A DNA stretch of 64,000 bases. It comes from an uncultured bacterium. Its GTDB lineage: Bacteria; Auribacterota; Erginobacteria; Erginobacterales; Erginobacteraceae. The stretch's first letter is position 1, and the number at the start of each line of letters is the position of its first letter. Positions 19,641 through 29,336 of the stretch are shown here, piece after piece. A program made the position numbers and the translations under genes. Location of the stretch: NCBI GenBank assembly GCA_963822585.1, contig CAWGIE010000026.1:32001-96000 (forward strand), read 5' to 3'. The notes under the pieces were generated by a model, which had not been told where the DNA came from, ran no database searches, and saw nothing but the letters and a program-made list of their open reading frames with translations.

Positions 19641-19712
19641 GGAGTGTTGGAGTATGGGACAGCCGTCAGGGGGCCCACCATTCCATTACTCCACCACTCC
19701 ATCACTCCATTC
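19641..19712. repeat. Octamer inverted-repeat element (GGAGTRNT family)
   Basis: ggagtgttggagtatgg ... ccattccattactccaccactccatcactcca; overlaps the ATPase 3' end. Confidence 0.8.
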
Positions 19713-20477
19713 AGCCTTCTTCCTTGTTGCAATCAATGGATGATCTGCATCCACGTGTTCTTCTTCAGTCAATTTGAGAAACACCTCCTCCAATCTTCCT
19801 TCCACCCCGCTTTTTTCCCGCAGTTCGTTCAGGCTGCCGCAGGCGATCAGTTCTCCTTCATGGATAATGCCGACCCGGTCGGCAATCTCTTCGGCAACGG
19901 AGAGGGTGTGGGTTGACATGAAGACGGCGGCACCCTGCCGGCACTGTTCCATCAGGCTGTCCTTAATCAAGCGGGCGGTCCGGGGATCAAGCCCAACCAT
20001 GGGCTCATCGATGATCAGGATCTTCGGATCGTGAAGGAAAGCGGAAGCGAAAACCAGCCGCTGTCGATAGCCGTGGGACAGGTTTCTGATTAAGTTTCCG
20101 GCCAGGTTTCCCAGTCCGAAGATTTCAATCTGCCTCTCGATCAATTCGGGCAGACGATCGCGGGGGAGGCTGTATATGCGTCCGACGAACTCCATGAATT
20201 CTCTTCCGGTCAGCCGTTCATAGAGAAAGGGGAAATCGGGGATATATCCGATCAGCTTTTTCGCTGCCACCGGGTTTTTCTGGATATCAAATCCTCCGAT
20301 GAACGCTTTCCCCCGGGTCGGGATGAGGAGCCCGGCCAGCATCTTGATCGTGGTGCTCTTGCCGGCTCCGTTGGGGCCGATGAAGGCGAACAGCTCCCCG
20401 GCCGGGATCGCCAGGCTAAGATCGTGGACGGCCGTAGTGTCACCAAAGACCTTGGTAAGATTTTTTGTCGTGATCAT
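19686..20477 (-). CDS. ABC transporter ATP-binding protein
   Basis: Walker A GPNGAGKST, signature LSHGYRQR, Walker B LIIDEP, H-loop STH. Confidence 0.95.
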   Translation of the reverse strand: MITTKNLTKVFGDTTAVHDLSLAIPAGELFAFIGPNGAGKSTTIKMLAGLLIPTRGKAFIGGFDIQKNPVAAKKLIGYIPDFPFLYERLTGREFMEFVGRIYSLPRDRLPELIERQIEIFGLGNLAGNLIRNLSHGYRQRLVFASAFLHDPKILIIDEPMVGLDPRTARLIKDSLMEQCRQGAAVFMSTHTLSVAEEIADRVGIIHEGELIACGSLNELREKSGVEGRLEEVFLKLTEEEHVDADHPLIATRKKAEWSDGVVE

Positions 20478-20492
20478 GGGATGGTTTATAAA

Positions 20493-20570
20493 GGAATATT
20501 GGAGTGTTGGAGTAGTGGAGTGTTGGGTGCTGCAGGCGCGCCCATCATTCCATTACTCCATCACTCCATT
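20493..20570. repeat. Octamer inverted-repeat element (GGAGTRNT family)
   Basis: ggaatattggagtgttggagtagtggagtgttgg ... ccatcattccattactccatcactcca. Confidence 0.85.
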
Positions 20571-21676
20571 TCTCTATCCGTATTCTGTGGTCCTGGTTTT
20601 TTGTCACTAATTTCCTCTTCTATTATAGGCAGGAGGTATTCGGCTACCCGCTGATGCCCTTCTGCCGACAGATGGAGCAATCCATTCTCCTTGACGAGAA
20701 AGAGGCCGGTATCATATTTTCCCTTGCCGTCGAAGAACGCCGGCAGCAGATCGACGCACTCGATTCCCATTTTCGCGCAGAAGTTTCTCATCTGTTCCTG
20801 GGGAAAAAGAACGGTCTCCGGATCGGCCCCCCGATTGAGTGCTTCCAGCTGGGGGCGGGCGGGCATGATCGCCATTATCACCCGCTTCTTGGCGGCGATC
20901 TCAATTAAGGCCGGGCGGATTTTTTCTCGCCAGGCGCCCCAGCGTTCGGGCAGATAAGCGCTGAGGCAGGTATTGTTGAGGTTGGCCAGGGGCTGCAATT
21001 CGGACCGGTTCCAGAAAAGGTTGCGCAGATCCCGGATCGCCCGCGCGGTCAGGTTGGAATGAACCAGGCCGCCCAGTCCCCGCAGCTCGGCCGACATCTG
21101 AAAACTGCTCTCATCCTGCCAGACCCATTCGAAGTCCAGCAGGTCGTTGAGCGTGAAGACGATGACCACCATGTCGATCGGGAGGTCGGCAAAGTAGAGC
21201 CGATAGGCCAGCAGTTCCTGGTGGGTGGACCAGCCCGGACAACCGGCGTTCAGGAGCTGATACGTCGGACCGGCCGCCTTTGCCATCCGGCTGACGAAGA
21301 TCTCTTCATAAGGGACATGTTCCCCGTAGACGACGGAGTCGCCCAGGAAGAGGATCTTCCGGACCTTCGGGTCCGGATTGACCTCTTGCTCGCCGAGGAT
21401 ACCCCGGCTGTTAGTGACATGCGGCAGGGTGGGTGAGTCGTGCCGCAGCCCCCGGAAAGATGGTTTTAAACGATATGAAATGCGGGGGTCATAAACAAAA
21501 AGAGACCGGGGATTTTCATCTAATCTGCCCCGAAGTTCCTGGATCTTCTTTTCATCAAGCTGGATACCGCTTGTTCCCTGTGATCTCTTCCAGATCATCC
21601 ACCCGGCCAGAACGATCCCCCCGCCGATGAGGGCGATAAGAATCAGTAAAAATAACCATTTCGTCCGTTCGGTCAT
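20561..21676 (-). CDS. SGNH/GDSL hydrolase family protein, membrane anchored
   Basis: 'LFLGDS', 'LNAGCPG', 'LND', C-terminal 'HLS.EGH'. Confidence 0.85.
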   Translation of the reverse strand: MTERTKWLFLLILIALIGGGIVLAGWMIWKRSQGTSGIQLDEKKIQELRGRLDENPRSLFVYDPRISYRLKPSFRGLRHDSPTLPHVTNSRGILGEQEVNPDPKVRKILFLGDSVVYGEHVPYEEIFVSRMAKAAGPTYQLLNAGCPGWSTHQELLAYRLYFADLPIDMVVIVFTLNDLLDFEWVWQDESSFQMSAELRGLGGLVHSNLTARAIRDLRNLFWNRSELQPLANLNNTCLSAYLPERWGAWREKIRPALIEIAAKKRVIMAIMPARPQLEALNRGADPETVLFPQEQMRNFCAKMGIECVDLLPAFFDGKGKYDTGLFLVKENGLLHLSAEGHQRVAEYLLPIIEEEISDKKPGPQNTDREME

Positions 21677-21696
21677 ATAACCTGTCTTTTTGTAAT

Positions 21697-21930
21697 AAAA
21701 ACCACGAAGGACACCCCGAATCCTTCGGGGTAGACTGCGATCACGAATGCTCTTGAAAAAATATATATAAGTGTTTTATTATTTAATCTTCATGTGCTCG
21801 GTGACATAGACATTCCTGTCTGTGCGCCCCCAAGGTGACACAGACATTCCTGTCTGTCCAGCTCCCGTCCAAGCCAGCCATCGTTCGACGTTCGGAGTTG
21901 AACGTTCGACGTTGGACATTCAGTTTTTTT
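21697..21930. repeat. Mosaic of repeat families: nonamer arm, small hairpin, two REP-array units, heptamer TTCAACG-type arm
   Basis: aaccacgaaggacac; accccgaatccttcggggt; REP cores at 21805 and 21839; cgttcgacgttcggagttgaacgttcgacgttggacattcagtttttt. Confidence 0.8.
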
Positions 21931-21960
21931 CTCCATGTCTTTTATGTCTTAGTGGTTATG

Positions 21961-22743
21961 TTATTCTATCCGCTCCAAAAAGCCCGTCACCTCCGCCGCC
22001 GTCTGCCTTTGCAGCGCCCACCCATAAGGGGTTTGGACTTCGAGAACGTTCCCCGCCACGTCCAGGCGGATCTCCCCGGTCATCCCCCCATAATACGCCA
22101 GCAGTTCGTAGCCGTTCTTTGTCCGGGCGGTGACTTCAAACCGGACCGAACCCGACTCCGGCCGCCGGGCGGTCAGGCTGGCCAGGGGATCGAGCGCGGG
22201 GATCGTGAAGGACTCCCCTTTTTTAAGCGGCCGGAGAGAAAGGAAGGGGGTGAGCGCGTAGAGGGGGAGGGAAGGGTGGGGGAGGGGGAACGACAGTTCC
22301 CGCTCTTTCGCGCCCGCCGTGACCTGGACGGCAAGACATCCGTCATCCAGCCGGGCTTTTACAATGACCGGGGGAACCTCGGATCGGACGGAGGCCGTGA
22401 AACGGGCGATCTCCCCTCCGGGAGCGATCAGGCAGAAGCTGCGGACCTGGACCCGGTTTGCCCTCCCCCCGAGGGTCACCATCAGCCAGACGGTGCTGTC
22501 AAGGGCTGTCCCATAAAAACCCTCTTCCCGGTAGGGGTAGAGGACGGTGTGGGCATATCCGACCTGGTCATTTTTGTAAAAAATTCCCATCCATTCGTCG
22601 CCGACCAGGTCGGGAAGACCGGCCTGGAGCATCGGTATGCTCCCCGTCCGGTCTACCAGGGAGGGGAGCACTTCCTTCTTGAAGAACACCCCCATCACCC
22701 CCAGCCAGAGGAGAAAGATCAGTATGGGACGGATGTATTTCAT
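21961..22743 (-). CDS. Exported hypothetical protein, resembling the N-terminal region of transglutaminase-domain proteins
   Basis: N-terminal TM; 'EWMGIFYKNDQVGY', 'ALDPLAS', 'LD..GNVLEV.TP.GW'; no catalytic domain seen. Confidence 0.55.
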   Translation of the reverse strand: MKYIRPILIFLLWLGVMGVFFKKEVLPSLVDRTGSIPMLQAGLPDLVGDEWMGIFYKNDQVGYAHTVLYPYREEGFYGTALDSTVWLMVTLGGRANRVQVRSFCLIAPGGEIARFTASVRSEVPPVIVKARLDDGCLAVQVTAGAKERELSFPLPHPSLPLYALTPFLSLRPLKKGESFTIPALDPLASLTARRPESGSVRFEVTARTKNGYELLAYYGGMTGEIRLDVAGNVLEVQTPYGWALQRQTAAEVTGFLERIE

Positions 22744-23045
22744 ATCTGCGTAGTCGCAAAGCGTATCTGCCCATTGTCCAATAAATTCGGCAACTACTTG
22801 ATTACTCTACACCATGCGGTGACAAAAACAAAGAGCACCTTTCCAGTACTCTTGTTTATGTGTTAACCACCTGCTTCAGCATTTGACTGATTTATCATTT
22901 ATCCGGGGAAAAAGACCGTTTAATACGGGGGGAATCATACTGTGTTTCTATAATAATGGAAGAGAACCGTAATAAATAAATAGCGGCTACGGTAAGGAAT
23001 ACATTTTGCGGCACTGCCTCCAGAAATTATTTTGTTTAAGCAAAA

Positions 23046-23110
23046 AGCCCCCCCGATTAAATCAATCGGGGGGGCTCAGATAAATTAGCGACCGAAGGGA
23101 GCTAATTTAT
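23046..23110. repeat. Composite double-hairpin element, likely terminator of the 23107 gene
   Basis: agcccccccgatt-aaatc-aatcgggggggct followed by ataaattagc...gctaatttat; near-identical copy at 53534-53593. Confidence 0.75.
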
Positions 23111-24171
23111 TGGGTGATAATAACCTCTTTCCAGTCTTTCCTCTCATTCGGGAGAGCGGGAATGCCTCCGGTGAAGATATTTCCGAAGTCTTCATCGAGC
23201 AGGGCCTTGTCGTAATGAACCCCGGCATTATTCCAGATGTAGACCTCCTTCCCCACCAGGTTCCCATAGATCTTGTCGTTGTTGCGGACCTCGATCATTG
23301 CATTGGGAGCATAGATGAACCCGTAGAATGTCACGTTGTTGGAGAGATCGACCGTATTAGTCCCTTCATAATAAAATCGCAATTTCGTGGTATCCCCGGT
23401 GATCTCGATCGGGGGGAGAAGATCGGAATTATTCTCGAAGATGATGCTGGTATTGACGTAAATTTCCACCACCTCATCGTCTCCGATATCCGGATCGATA
23501 TTAAAGTTGACGTTATTACTCAGTTCAATGGTATCGAAATGGTACTGGCCGGCGTGGAAGGTGACCCCCGCGTTATTGTGAGCCATGAAGTTATGATTTG
23601 CGATCTCGTATTTTCCCGTCTTGCTCCCGTAACTCCCCTCAATCTGGCCGTTCGGTCCCCCCTCGGCCTCGGTCCACCAGGCGGGGGAATTCACGGGAAG
23701 CAGTTCCAGGGCCGGCTGGCTGTACCTGCTGACACCGTAATACACGGAATTGTTCTGTAACGCAATGTCGCCCTCTTCGGTCGGTGTGGTCACCGAGATG
23801 TCTCCCTTGACGATCGCATTGTTGTTCAGGCTGACGCCCGCCGTAGAATCATTGGGATCGCAGTTACTGCCGACGGTTGCTTCCGACCCCTTGCTGACAC
23901 TGTAAGGGCCGATCCGGGAGTCGTAACTGTCAACCGTGGCGTTGTTCTGAAGATGGACCCAGTGATCGCCGAAAGGACCGGGGGGCGACCCACCGCCCGT
24001 GGAACCAGTTTCCCCCGATTGCATCTGCTCGGTAACCTGCCTGATTGAGGTCCCCTGGCCGAAAAGGGGCTGGAGGCAAAAAAAGGCCAGAAACAGCGGT
24101 AGGATGATTACCGTCATCATGAGCTGTAGGCGCATCGTTCTCATCTTCATCTCTCCTTGCCCCGAGGGCAC
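23107..24171 (-). CDS. Exported beta-helical protein, putative pilus tip/adhesin (resembles C-terminal domains of PilX-type proteins)
   Basis: Signal peptide; 'VDSYDS', repeated 'L.NNA.V' motifs, 'GFIYAPNA', 'HYD.AL', terminal 'WKE'; follows the pilin cluster. Confidence 0.6.
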   Translation of the reverse strand: MPSGQGEMKMRTMRLQLMMTVIILPLFLAFFCLQPLFGQGTSIRQVTEQMQSGETGSTGGGSPPGPFGDHWVHLQNNATVDSYDSRIGPYSVSKGSEATVGSNCDPNDSTAGVSLNNNAIVKGDISVTTPTEEGDIALQNNSVYYGVSRYSQPALELLPVNSPAWWTEAEGGPNGQIEGSYGSKTGKYEIANHNFMAHNNAGVTFHAGQYHFDTIELSNNVNFNIDPDIGDDEVVEIYVNTSIIFENNSDLLPPIEITGDTTKLRFYYEGTNTVDLSNNVTFYGFIYAPNAMIEVRNNDKIYGNLVGKEVYIWNNAGVHYDKALLDEDFGNIFTGGIPALPNERKDWKEVIITQ

Positions 24172-24209
24172 CTTCCAGTCCTTCTTTTTCTACTCTTCAC
24201 TCCAGTTTA

Positions 24210-24238
24210 AATATAAGGCAAAAAATACATTTTGTCAA
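24210..24238 (-). promoter_or_regulatory. Sigma70-type promoter TTGACA-N17-TATATT
   Basis: tgtcaa at 24233-24238 and aatata at 24210-24215 on the plus strand. Confidence 0.6.
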
Positions 24239-24405
24239 GGTAATATATTTTATATTTTTGATTGTTTATATTGCCGAGATCGCAGTCGAGTCTGGTTGCT
24301 TTTATGTAATCACTTACTGGAGAGACCGATACAGTCAATATCGTGGCGCGTCTCCGTCCATGTGTTGATTGTCACTGTTCAAAAATATGCCTGCCATAAA
24401 TCGGG

Positions 24406-24768
24406 TTAATAGGTGACGTTCCCGGAAGCGGTAAAGGTGGCATATGTAATATCGGACATGTTGACCCAGACACTGAAGGTGCCCTTACCCAGCGGCTCAT
24501 CAGTAAATATGCAGAAATCCATTCCCAGGGGAACGGTGGTCCCCGTGGCCCAGTAAACGGCGACATATTTTTTGCCGATATCGAGGGCCCCTTCCGTAAT
24601 ATAAAAGGCCTCCAGGGATCTGTTGGTGAACACCGCGGAAGATTGCGTGGTGGCAATCATGTTGACGAATGTGTACGCCACTACCCCCAGAATCAGCATG
24701 AGGATGATCAGGGCTAGGAGGGCCAGCCCTTTTTCTTCTCCGACAATATGATGTAGAACCTTACTCAT
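24406..24768 (-). CDS. PilX/MshP-like minor pilin
   Basis: 'EKG^LALLALIILMLILG' lacking E5; 'AFYITEGA'. Confidence 0.75.
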   Translation of the reverse strand: MSKVLHHIVGEEKGLALLALIILMLILGVVAYTFVNMIATTQSSAVFTNRSLEAFYITEGALDIGKKYVAVYWATGTTVPLGMDFCIFTDEPLGKGTFSVWVNMSDITYATFTASGNVTY

Positions 24769-25266
24769 CTATGGTTGCCTCGGGAGCACCGCTGTTCTTA
24801 CCGGGATCTCGGTTGATCCTCTGGACATGGTGAAAGAGAGCGTGACCACATTGTTTGCGTCCTGACTGGGAACGAAAGACAAGGCTTCGACATCTTCGGC
24901 CAAAATATAATTCCCGGCCCCGGTCTGGCGTCTGATAACGTCACCGCTCTGTACGAACGTGACCGCCAGGTTGGGGTCTTCGGGGGTGTCATGGCCCGTC
25001 TGCTTGGTGAAGGCGATCGATCCGGTAGTGATGGCTATGCCGGTCGGATGCGTTTCCCGGATCTCCCGGGTCATTTTCTCCATGGCGAGCTGGGCTTCCT
25101 TGAAGAGTTCCAGGTAGTCCCGGGTGGCGGTGGTGTAAGTCTCCATGGACATAATAAGGGCCTGGATCGAGAAAGTCGCCAGGATGATGACCAGAACGAT
25201 CACCACCACCATCTCAATCAGGGTGTAGCCGGGACAGCGCTTATTGTATAGCGGATTTAATCTCAT
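24769..25266 (-). CDS. Prepilin-type minor pilin (PilW/MshO/GspJ-like)
   Basis: 'G^YTLIEMVVVIV'; 'AMEKMTREIR'. Confidence 0.85.
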   Translation of the reverse strand: MRLNPLYNKRCPGYTLIEMVVVIVLVIILATFSIQALIMSMETYTTATRDYLELFKEAQLAMEKMTREIRETHPTGIAITTGSIAFTKQTGHDTPEDPNLAVTFVQSGDVIRRQTGAGNYILAEDVEALSFVPSQDANNVVTLSFTMSRGSTEIPVRTAVLPRQP

Positions 25267-25661
25267 TATAAATCCCAGTCTGATCTTACCGTGACCAGAG
25301 AGAGCGACTGGCCGTTTGTATGGGTCACCGTGACCGTGACCTCCTTCAATCCCGCGGTTAGAGTCCCGAAAGAGGCGTTCGGGTCAACGACGCAAGAGCT
25401 GCTGTAATCCGCGAAAGGAACGGAGAAGGGGGTAGCGCCCCACCCGCTCACCGACTGGTAGTTGAAGCTGATCACCTTCTTCTCCATCTCCTCCTGGGCC
25501 AGGAGGGCCAGGGTACCGCTGATGACCGGTCTGTCAAGGTCACGCACCCCTTCGGTGAAGGGGATTATCAGGGCCGGCAGGACAATCGCGGCCACGAGCA
25601 AGACGATAACGATCTCGATCAACGTCCAGCCGGGGGAGAGATTTGTTTTGAAGGTTTTCAT
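25266..25661 (-). CDS. Prepilin-type minor pilin (PilV/MshD-like)
   Basis: 'G^WTLIEIVIVLL'; 'LAQEEME'; 'LKEVTVTV'. Confidence 0.85.
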   Translation of the reverse strand: MKTFKTNLSPGWTLIEIVIVLLVAAIVLPALIIPFTEGVRDLDRPVISGTLALLAQEEMEKKVISFNYQSVSGWGATPFSVPFADYSSSCVVDPNASFGTLTAGLKEVTVTVTHTNGQSLSLVTVRSDWDL

Positions 25662-25708
25662 TAAAATACTCAAGCTACCCCAATGCAATCGGATTGGTTT
25701 AGTTGTTA

Positions 25709-25790
25709 TGGAGTGTTGGAGTAATGGAATACTGGGGTATTGAGGCCTGCGCCTCCATTACTTCACCGCTCCATCATTCCAACACTCCAG
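25709..25790. repeat. Octamer inverted-repeat element (GGAGTRNT family)
   Basis: tggagtgttggagtaatggaatactgg ... ccattacttcaccgctccatcattccaacactcca. Confidence 0.85.
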
Positions 25791-25793
25791 TTT

Positions 25794-26213
25794 TTAGTTT
25801 GTCGTCACCTTCCCGGTCAGCGCCTCTATGGTTACGGTTTTCGAGTCGCTGCCGGAGGTAATATCGAAATTTCCACCCTGGTCCGGCTCGCCGAATGAGT
25901 TGAAGGTTATGCTGTAGGGGCCGGCGACCGCGTTGCCGGGCAGGGTTCGGTCTTCCGGCTCCAGCCCGGTGGCCGTATAACCGTTTCCCCCGAAAGTGAT
26001 TGTCCGAGGATTGCCGGTGAAGATGGCGACGTGCTGCACGGCGCGGATATCCGAGGCGGCCAGGTCGGCCGCCAGGATAGCGGCGATCTCGGTCTGCGAG
26101 AGCATCTTCGGTATCACCACGGCCGCGATAATGCCGATAAGCAGAATAACGAAGACCAGTTCGATAAACGAGAAGCCGGCGACGGGGGATAACGGGTTCG
26201 TATTCCTTCTCAT
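25794..26213 (-). CDS. Prepilin-type minor pilin (FimT/MshC/GspH-like)
   Basis: 'G^FSFIELVFVILLIGIIAAVVIP'; 'ITFNSFGEP'; 'ALTG'; RBS GGAGG upstream. Confidence 0.85.
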   Translation of the reverse strand: MRRNTNPLSPVAGFSFIELVFVILLIGIIAAVVIPKMLSQTEIAAILAADLAASDIRAVQHVAIFTGNPRTITFGGNGYTATGLEPEDRTLPGNAVAGPYSITFNSFGEPDQGGNFDITSGSDSKTVTIEALTGKVTTN

Positions 26214-26235
26214 TTTCTTACACCTCCCCATTTAA

Positions 26236-26337
26236 AATATAAGACTGGAATTCACTTTTGTCAAGGGATTCCCCTCAGCTCATTCTATTCTTCAACACTC
26301 GTGAGAACTTGACAAAACAAATATCCTGAGCTATATT
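26236..26337. promoter_or_regulatory. Back-to-back divergent sigma70 promoters, both TTGACA-N17-TATATT
   Basis: Minus strand: -35 at 26259-26264, -10 at 26236-26241. Plus strand: -35 at 26309-26314, -10 at 26332-26337. Confidence 0.7.
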
Positions 26338-26341
26338 TTAT

Positions 26342-29308
26342 ATGAAGAAAACCGGGTGGGAAATAATGAAAGATCTTCGTAACTATATAATTAGAGCAAC
26401 CGGCATCATCATCTTTTTTCTGCTTCCTGTATCGGCGGTGCCTTTCCAGACCAACCAGGAAGCCGCGGTGGTCATCGGCCAGGCTGATATGACACATAAC
26501 GGGATTAACCAGGTCGAGGAATGGCAGAACCCTTTTCCGCCGACCGCGTACACTCTCTTCTGGCCGGGAGAGATTCAAGTGTACGACAGCAAGCTCTACG
26601 TGGCGGATTTTCACAATAACCGGGTTCTCATCTACAACTCCTTTCCGACTTTTAATAATCAGAGTGCCGATATCGTCATCGGCCAGCCGGATATGACCAG
26701 TAACGCCCGCAACCAGCATCCCTCGGGAGAGGAACCGTGGTTTCCCATGGCCAACACGCTCTTCGAGCCGGACGGTGTACGGGTTTATGGCTCCAAACTT
26801 CTGATCGCGGACACGTCCAATAACCGGACACTGGTTTTTAATACCATCCCCACGGTGAACAATGCCAGTGCCGATGTGCCCGTCGGTCAGCTCTCCCTTA
26901 TCGACGACTATCACCCCAACCGCCTTCCGCCAGTCGTGGAAGCTAATACCTGCAATGATCCCCGGAATATCTGCATCTACAATGGGAAGCTGTTTATCGC
27001 AGACCGGTTCAACAACCGGGTCTTGATATTTAACCAGGTCCCCGCGGCATTCGACGAGTCCGCTGATGTTGTCGTGGGGCAGGAGGATATGTGGAGCGGT
27101 CAGACCAACCAGGGATACGGCATCCCGGCGGCCAACACCCTGGCCGAACCGACCGGTGTTTTTGTCAGCGGGAACAAAATGTTCATCACCGACACCGGAA
27201 ATAATCGGGTGCTTATTTACAACAGCATTCCTACTGTCGCCGGCGCGGCGGCGGATGTGGTGGTCGGCCAGGACGATGCCCTCTCCGGAGAGCCCAACCA
27301 GGGCCAGGGGATACCGGAGGCGGACACGCTCTTCGGGCCGTTCGGGAACGTCTACTCCGACGGCACTCGTCTTTTTATCGCCGATACGGAGAATCACCGG
27401 GTGCTCATTTACAATAGCATCCCTGCCAGCAACGGAATCGCGGCGGATGTAGTTTTGGGCCAGGAGGACATGAACTCCCGGCTGATAAATGGTTTTGACC
27501 CTGACCTGGTTAATCCGCTGCTTCCTCCTCCCCCCACCGCCCGGACCCTTTACTGGCCGGATAGTATTGCCTGCCATGAGAACAAACTGCTGGTAGCGGA
27601 TACGAATAATAACCGGGTTCTCATCTTTAATGGCCCCACGCCTACCCCGACTCCGTACGGCTATAAGACCCCGTCCCCGACGCCCTCGGTGACTCCATCG
27701 CCATCGGTGACCCCGACCCCGAGCGCGACACCGTCAGCTACCCCAACTCCGGAAGGTTACAAGACCCCGGCGCCCACCCCCTCGGTGACGCCGTCCGCCA
27801 CGCCGTCGCCGAGCGTGACCCCAACCCCCAGCGTCACCCCGACTCCTGCCTACGGCGTCCTTCCCCTTGATATTGCCGACGTTGACAATCTGGCTCTGGG
27901 TCGGACGAGATCGGCGATCAGCAGCGGCTGGAGGTGGCGGATCACCCGGGCGGGACTTCCGGATACCGATGTTTACGGGACCATCTTCGACAACGCGGAC
28001 ACTTTTTCCGATGGAAACGTTTATACAGTCCAGCCGGCGTCTCTGCAGATAACCCGGGCCAACGAGGATCTGGACGTCCGGGAGGGGGATTACTTGACGG
28101 TGACTTACAACGGCAGCCAGGCAGTGAATGTCTATCCTCCTCCGCTCACCGGGAATATCGACACTTACTATTACATCGGTTCGGATGGGGCCACCTATAA
28201 CGATCGCTGGCTCTGCGATCTGGCCAAGGCGGTGCCGACACCGACCCCCAGCCCCCTGGCGACCCCCTCCGTCACACCAACCCCGACCGTTACACCATCG
28301 GTGAAGCCGACTAAATCGCCGACAGCCACTCCCACGCCATCCGTTAAGCCGACCAATCCGCCGACCGCCACCCCCACACCGTCCGTTAAGCCGACCAATC
28401 CGCCGACAGCTACCCCCACACCGTCCGTTAAGCCGACCAATCCGCCGACCGCCACCCCCACGCCGTCCGTTAAGCCGACTAATCCGCCGACCGCCACCCC
28501 CACGCCGTCCATTAAACCGACGCTCTCGCCGACCGTTACACCGTCGCCCACCTCGCCGTCCCCGTCCGGTCACCGCGTCCGGGGGGATTACAACGGCGAT
28601 GGGACCTCGGATGTGGCGATTTACCGGGCGTCCTCCAGCCTCTGGGCGGTCCGGGGGGTGAGCCGGGTCTATTTCGGCGGGAGCAATGACATTCCCGTCC
28701 CCCGGGATTACAATGGGAACGGAACCACCGATTATGGGATCTACCGTCCGGCGGCCGGGCTCTGGGCGGTCCGGGGCGTTACCCGGAGCTATTTCGGCGG
28801 GTCCGATGACGACCCGGTCCCGGCCGATTTTGACGGCGACGGAAAGAGCGATATCGCCATCTACCGCTCCACTTCCGGCCTCTGGGCGATCCGGGGCCAG
28901 CCCCGGGTATATTTCGGAAGCGGCGACGATTGGCCCATCCCGGGCGATTATGACGGGAGCGGCCGGGCCGCGGTTACAATCTACCGCCCGGCCGCCGGCC
29001 TCTGGGCGATGAGAGGAGTAAGCCGGTTCTATTTCGGCGGTGCCGCCGACGATCCGGTTTCGGGTGATTTCAACGGAGACGGCACCCAGGATCCCGGGAT
29101 CTATCGTTCCGCCGCCGGTCTCTGGGCGATCCGAAAAATCTCCCGGGCCTACTTCGGCGGGGCCTCCGACTTCCCGGTCCCGGCCGATTTCGGCGGAACG
29201 GGGAGGGACGGGATTGCCATCTTCAGACCTCCGGCCGGCCTCTGGGCCGCCGCCGGCGTCCTCAGAACATATTTTGGAGCAAGCACCGACCTGCCGGTGG
29301 TGGAATAA
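26342..29308 (+). CDS. Secreted NHL-repeat beta-propeller protein with Pro/Thr-rich linkers and C-terminal FG-GAP/VCBS-like repeat domain
   Basis: Signal peptide; repeated 'LxxAD..NNRVLIYN..P.....AD.V.GQ'; TPTPS linkers; six 'DY/FxGDG..D..IYR...GLWA.RG..R.YFG' units. Confidence 0.85.
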   Translation: MKKTGWEIMKDLRNYIIRATGIIIFFLLPVSAVPFQTNQEAAVVIGQADMTHNGINQVEEWQNPFPPTAYTLFWPGEIQVYDSKLYVADFHNNRVLIYNSFPTFNNQSADIVIGQPDMTSNARNQHPSGEEPWFPMANTLFEPDGVRVYGSKLLIADTSNNRTLVFNTIPTVNNASADVPVGQLSLIDDYHPNRLPPVVEANTCNDPRNICIYNGKLFIADRFNNRVLIFNQVPAAFDESADVVVGQEDMWSGQTNQGYGIPAANTLAEPTGVFVSGNKMFITDTGNNRVLIYNSIPTVAGAAADVVVGQDDALSGEPNQGQGIPEADTLFGPFGNVYSDGTRLFIADTENHRVLIYNSIPASNGIAADVVLGQEDMNSRLINGFDPDLVNPLLPPPPTARTLYWPDSIACHENKLLVADTNNNRVLIFNGPTPTPTPYGYKTPSPTPSVTPSPSVTPTPSATPSATPTPEGYKTPAPTPSVTPSATPSPSVTPTPSVTPTPAYGVLPLDIADVDNLALGRTRSAISSGWRWRITRAGLPDTDVYGTIFDNADTFSDGNVYTVQPASLQITRANEDLDVREGDYLTVTYNGSQAVNVYPPPLTGNIDTYYYIGSDGATYNDRWLCDLAKAVPTPTPSPLATPSVTPTPTVTPSVKPTKSPTATPTPSVKPTNPPTATPTPSVKPTNPPTATPTPSVKPTNPPTATPTPSVKPTNPPTATPTPSIKPTLSPTVTPSPTSPSPSGHRVRGDYNGDGTSDVAIYRASSSLWAVRGVSRVYFGGSNDIPVPRDYNGNGTTDYGIYRPAAGLWAVRGVTRSYFGGSDDDPVPADFDGDGKSDIAIYRSTSGLWAIRGQPRVYFGSGDDWPIPGDYDGSGRAAVTIYRPAAGLWAMRGVSRFYFGGAADDPVSGDFNGDGTQDPGIYRSAAGLWAIRKISRAYFGGASDFPVPADFGGTGRDGIAIFRPPAGLWAAAGVLRTYFGASTDLPVVE
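28297..28525 (+). repeat. Coding tandem repeat, 42-bp unit (PSVKPTNPPTATPT)
   Basis: About 5-6 near-identical ccgtccgttaagccgaccaatccgccgaccgccacccccaca units. Confidence 0.85.
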
Positions 29309-29336
29309 CCGGGTTCCCTTTTGCGTTTTAATAATT

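Noticed and set aside
19037..19732. Three overlapping minus-strand ORFs (HRQECLC / TDRNVCVT / QTGMSV)
   Set aside because: Translations of the 32-bp repeat, which has no stop codons on that strand; no evidence for a real protein.
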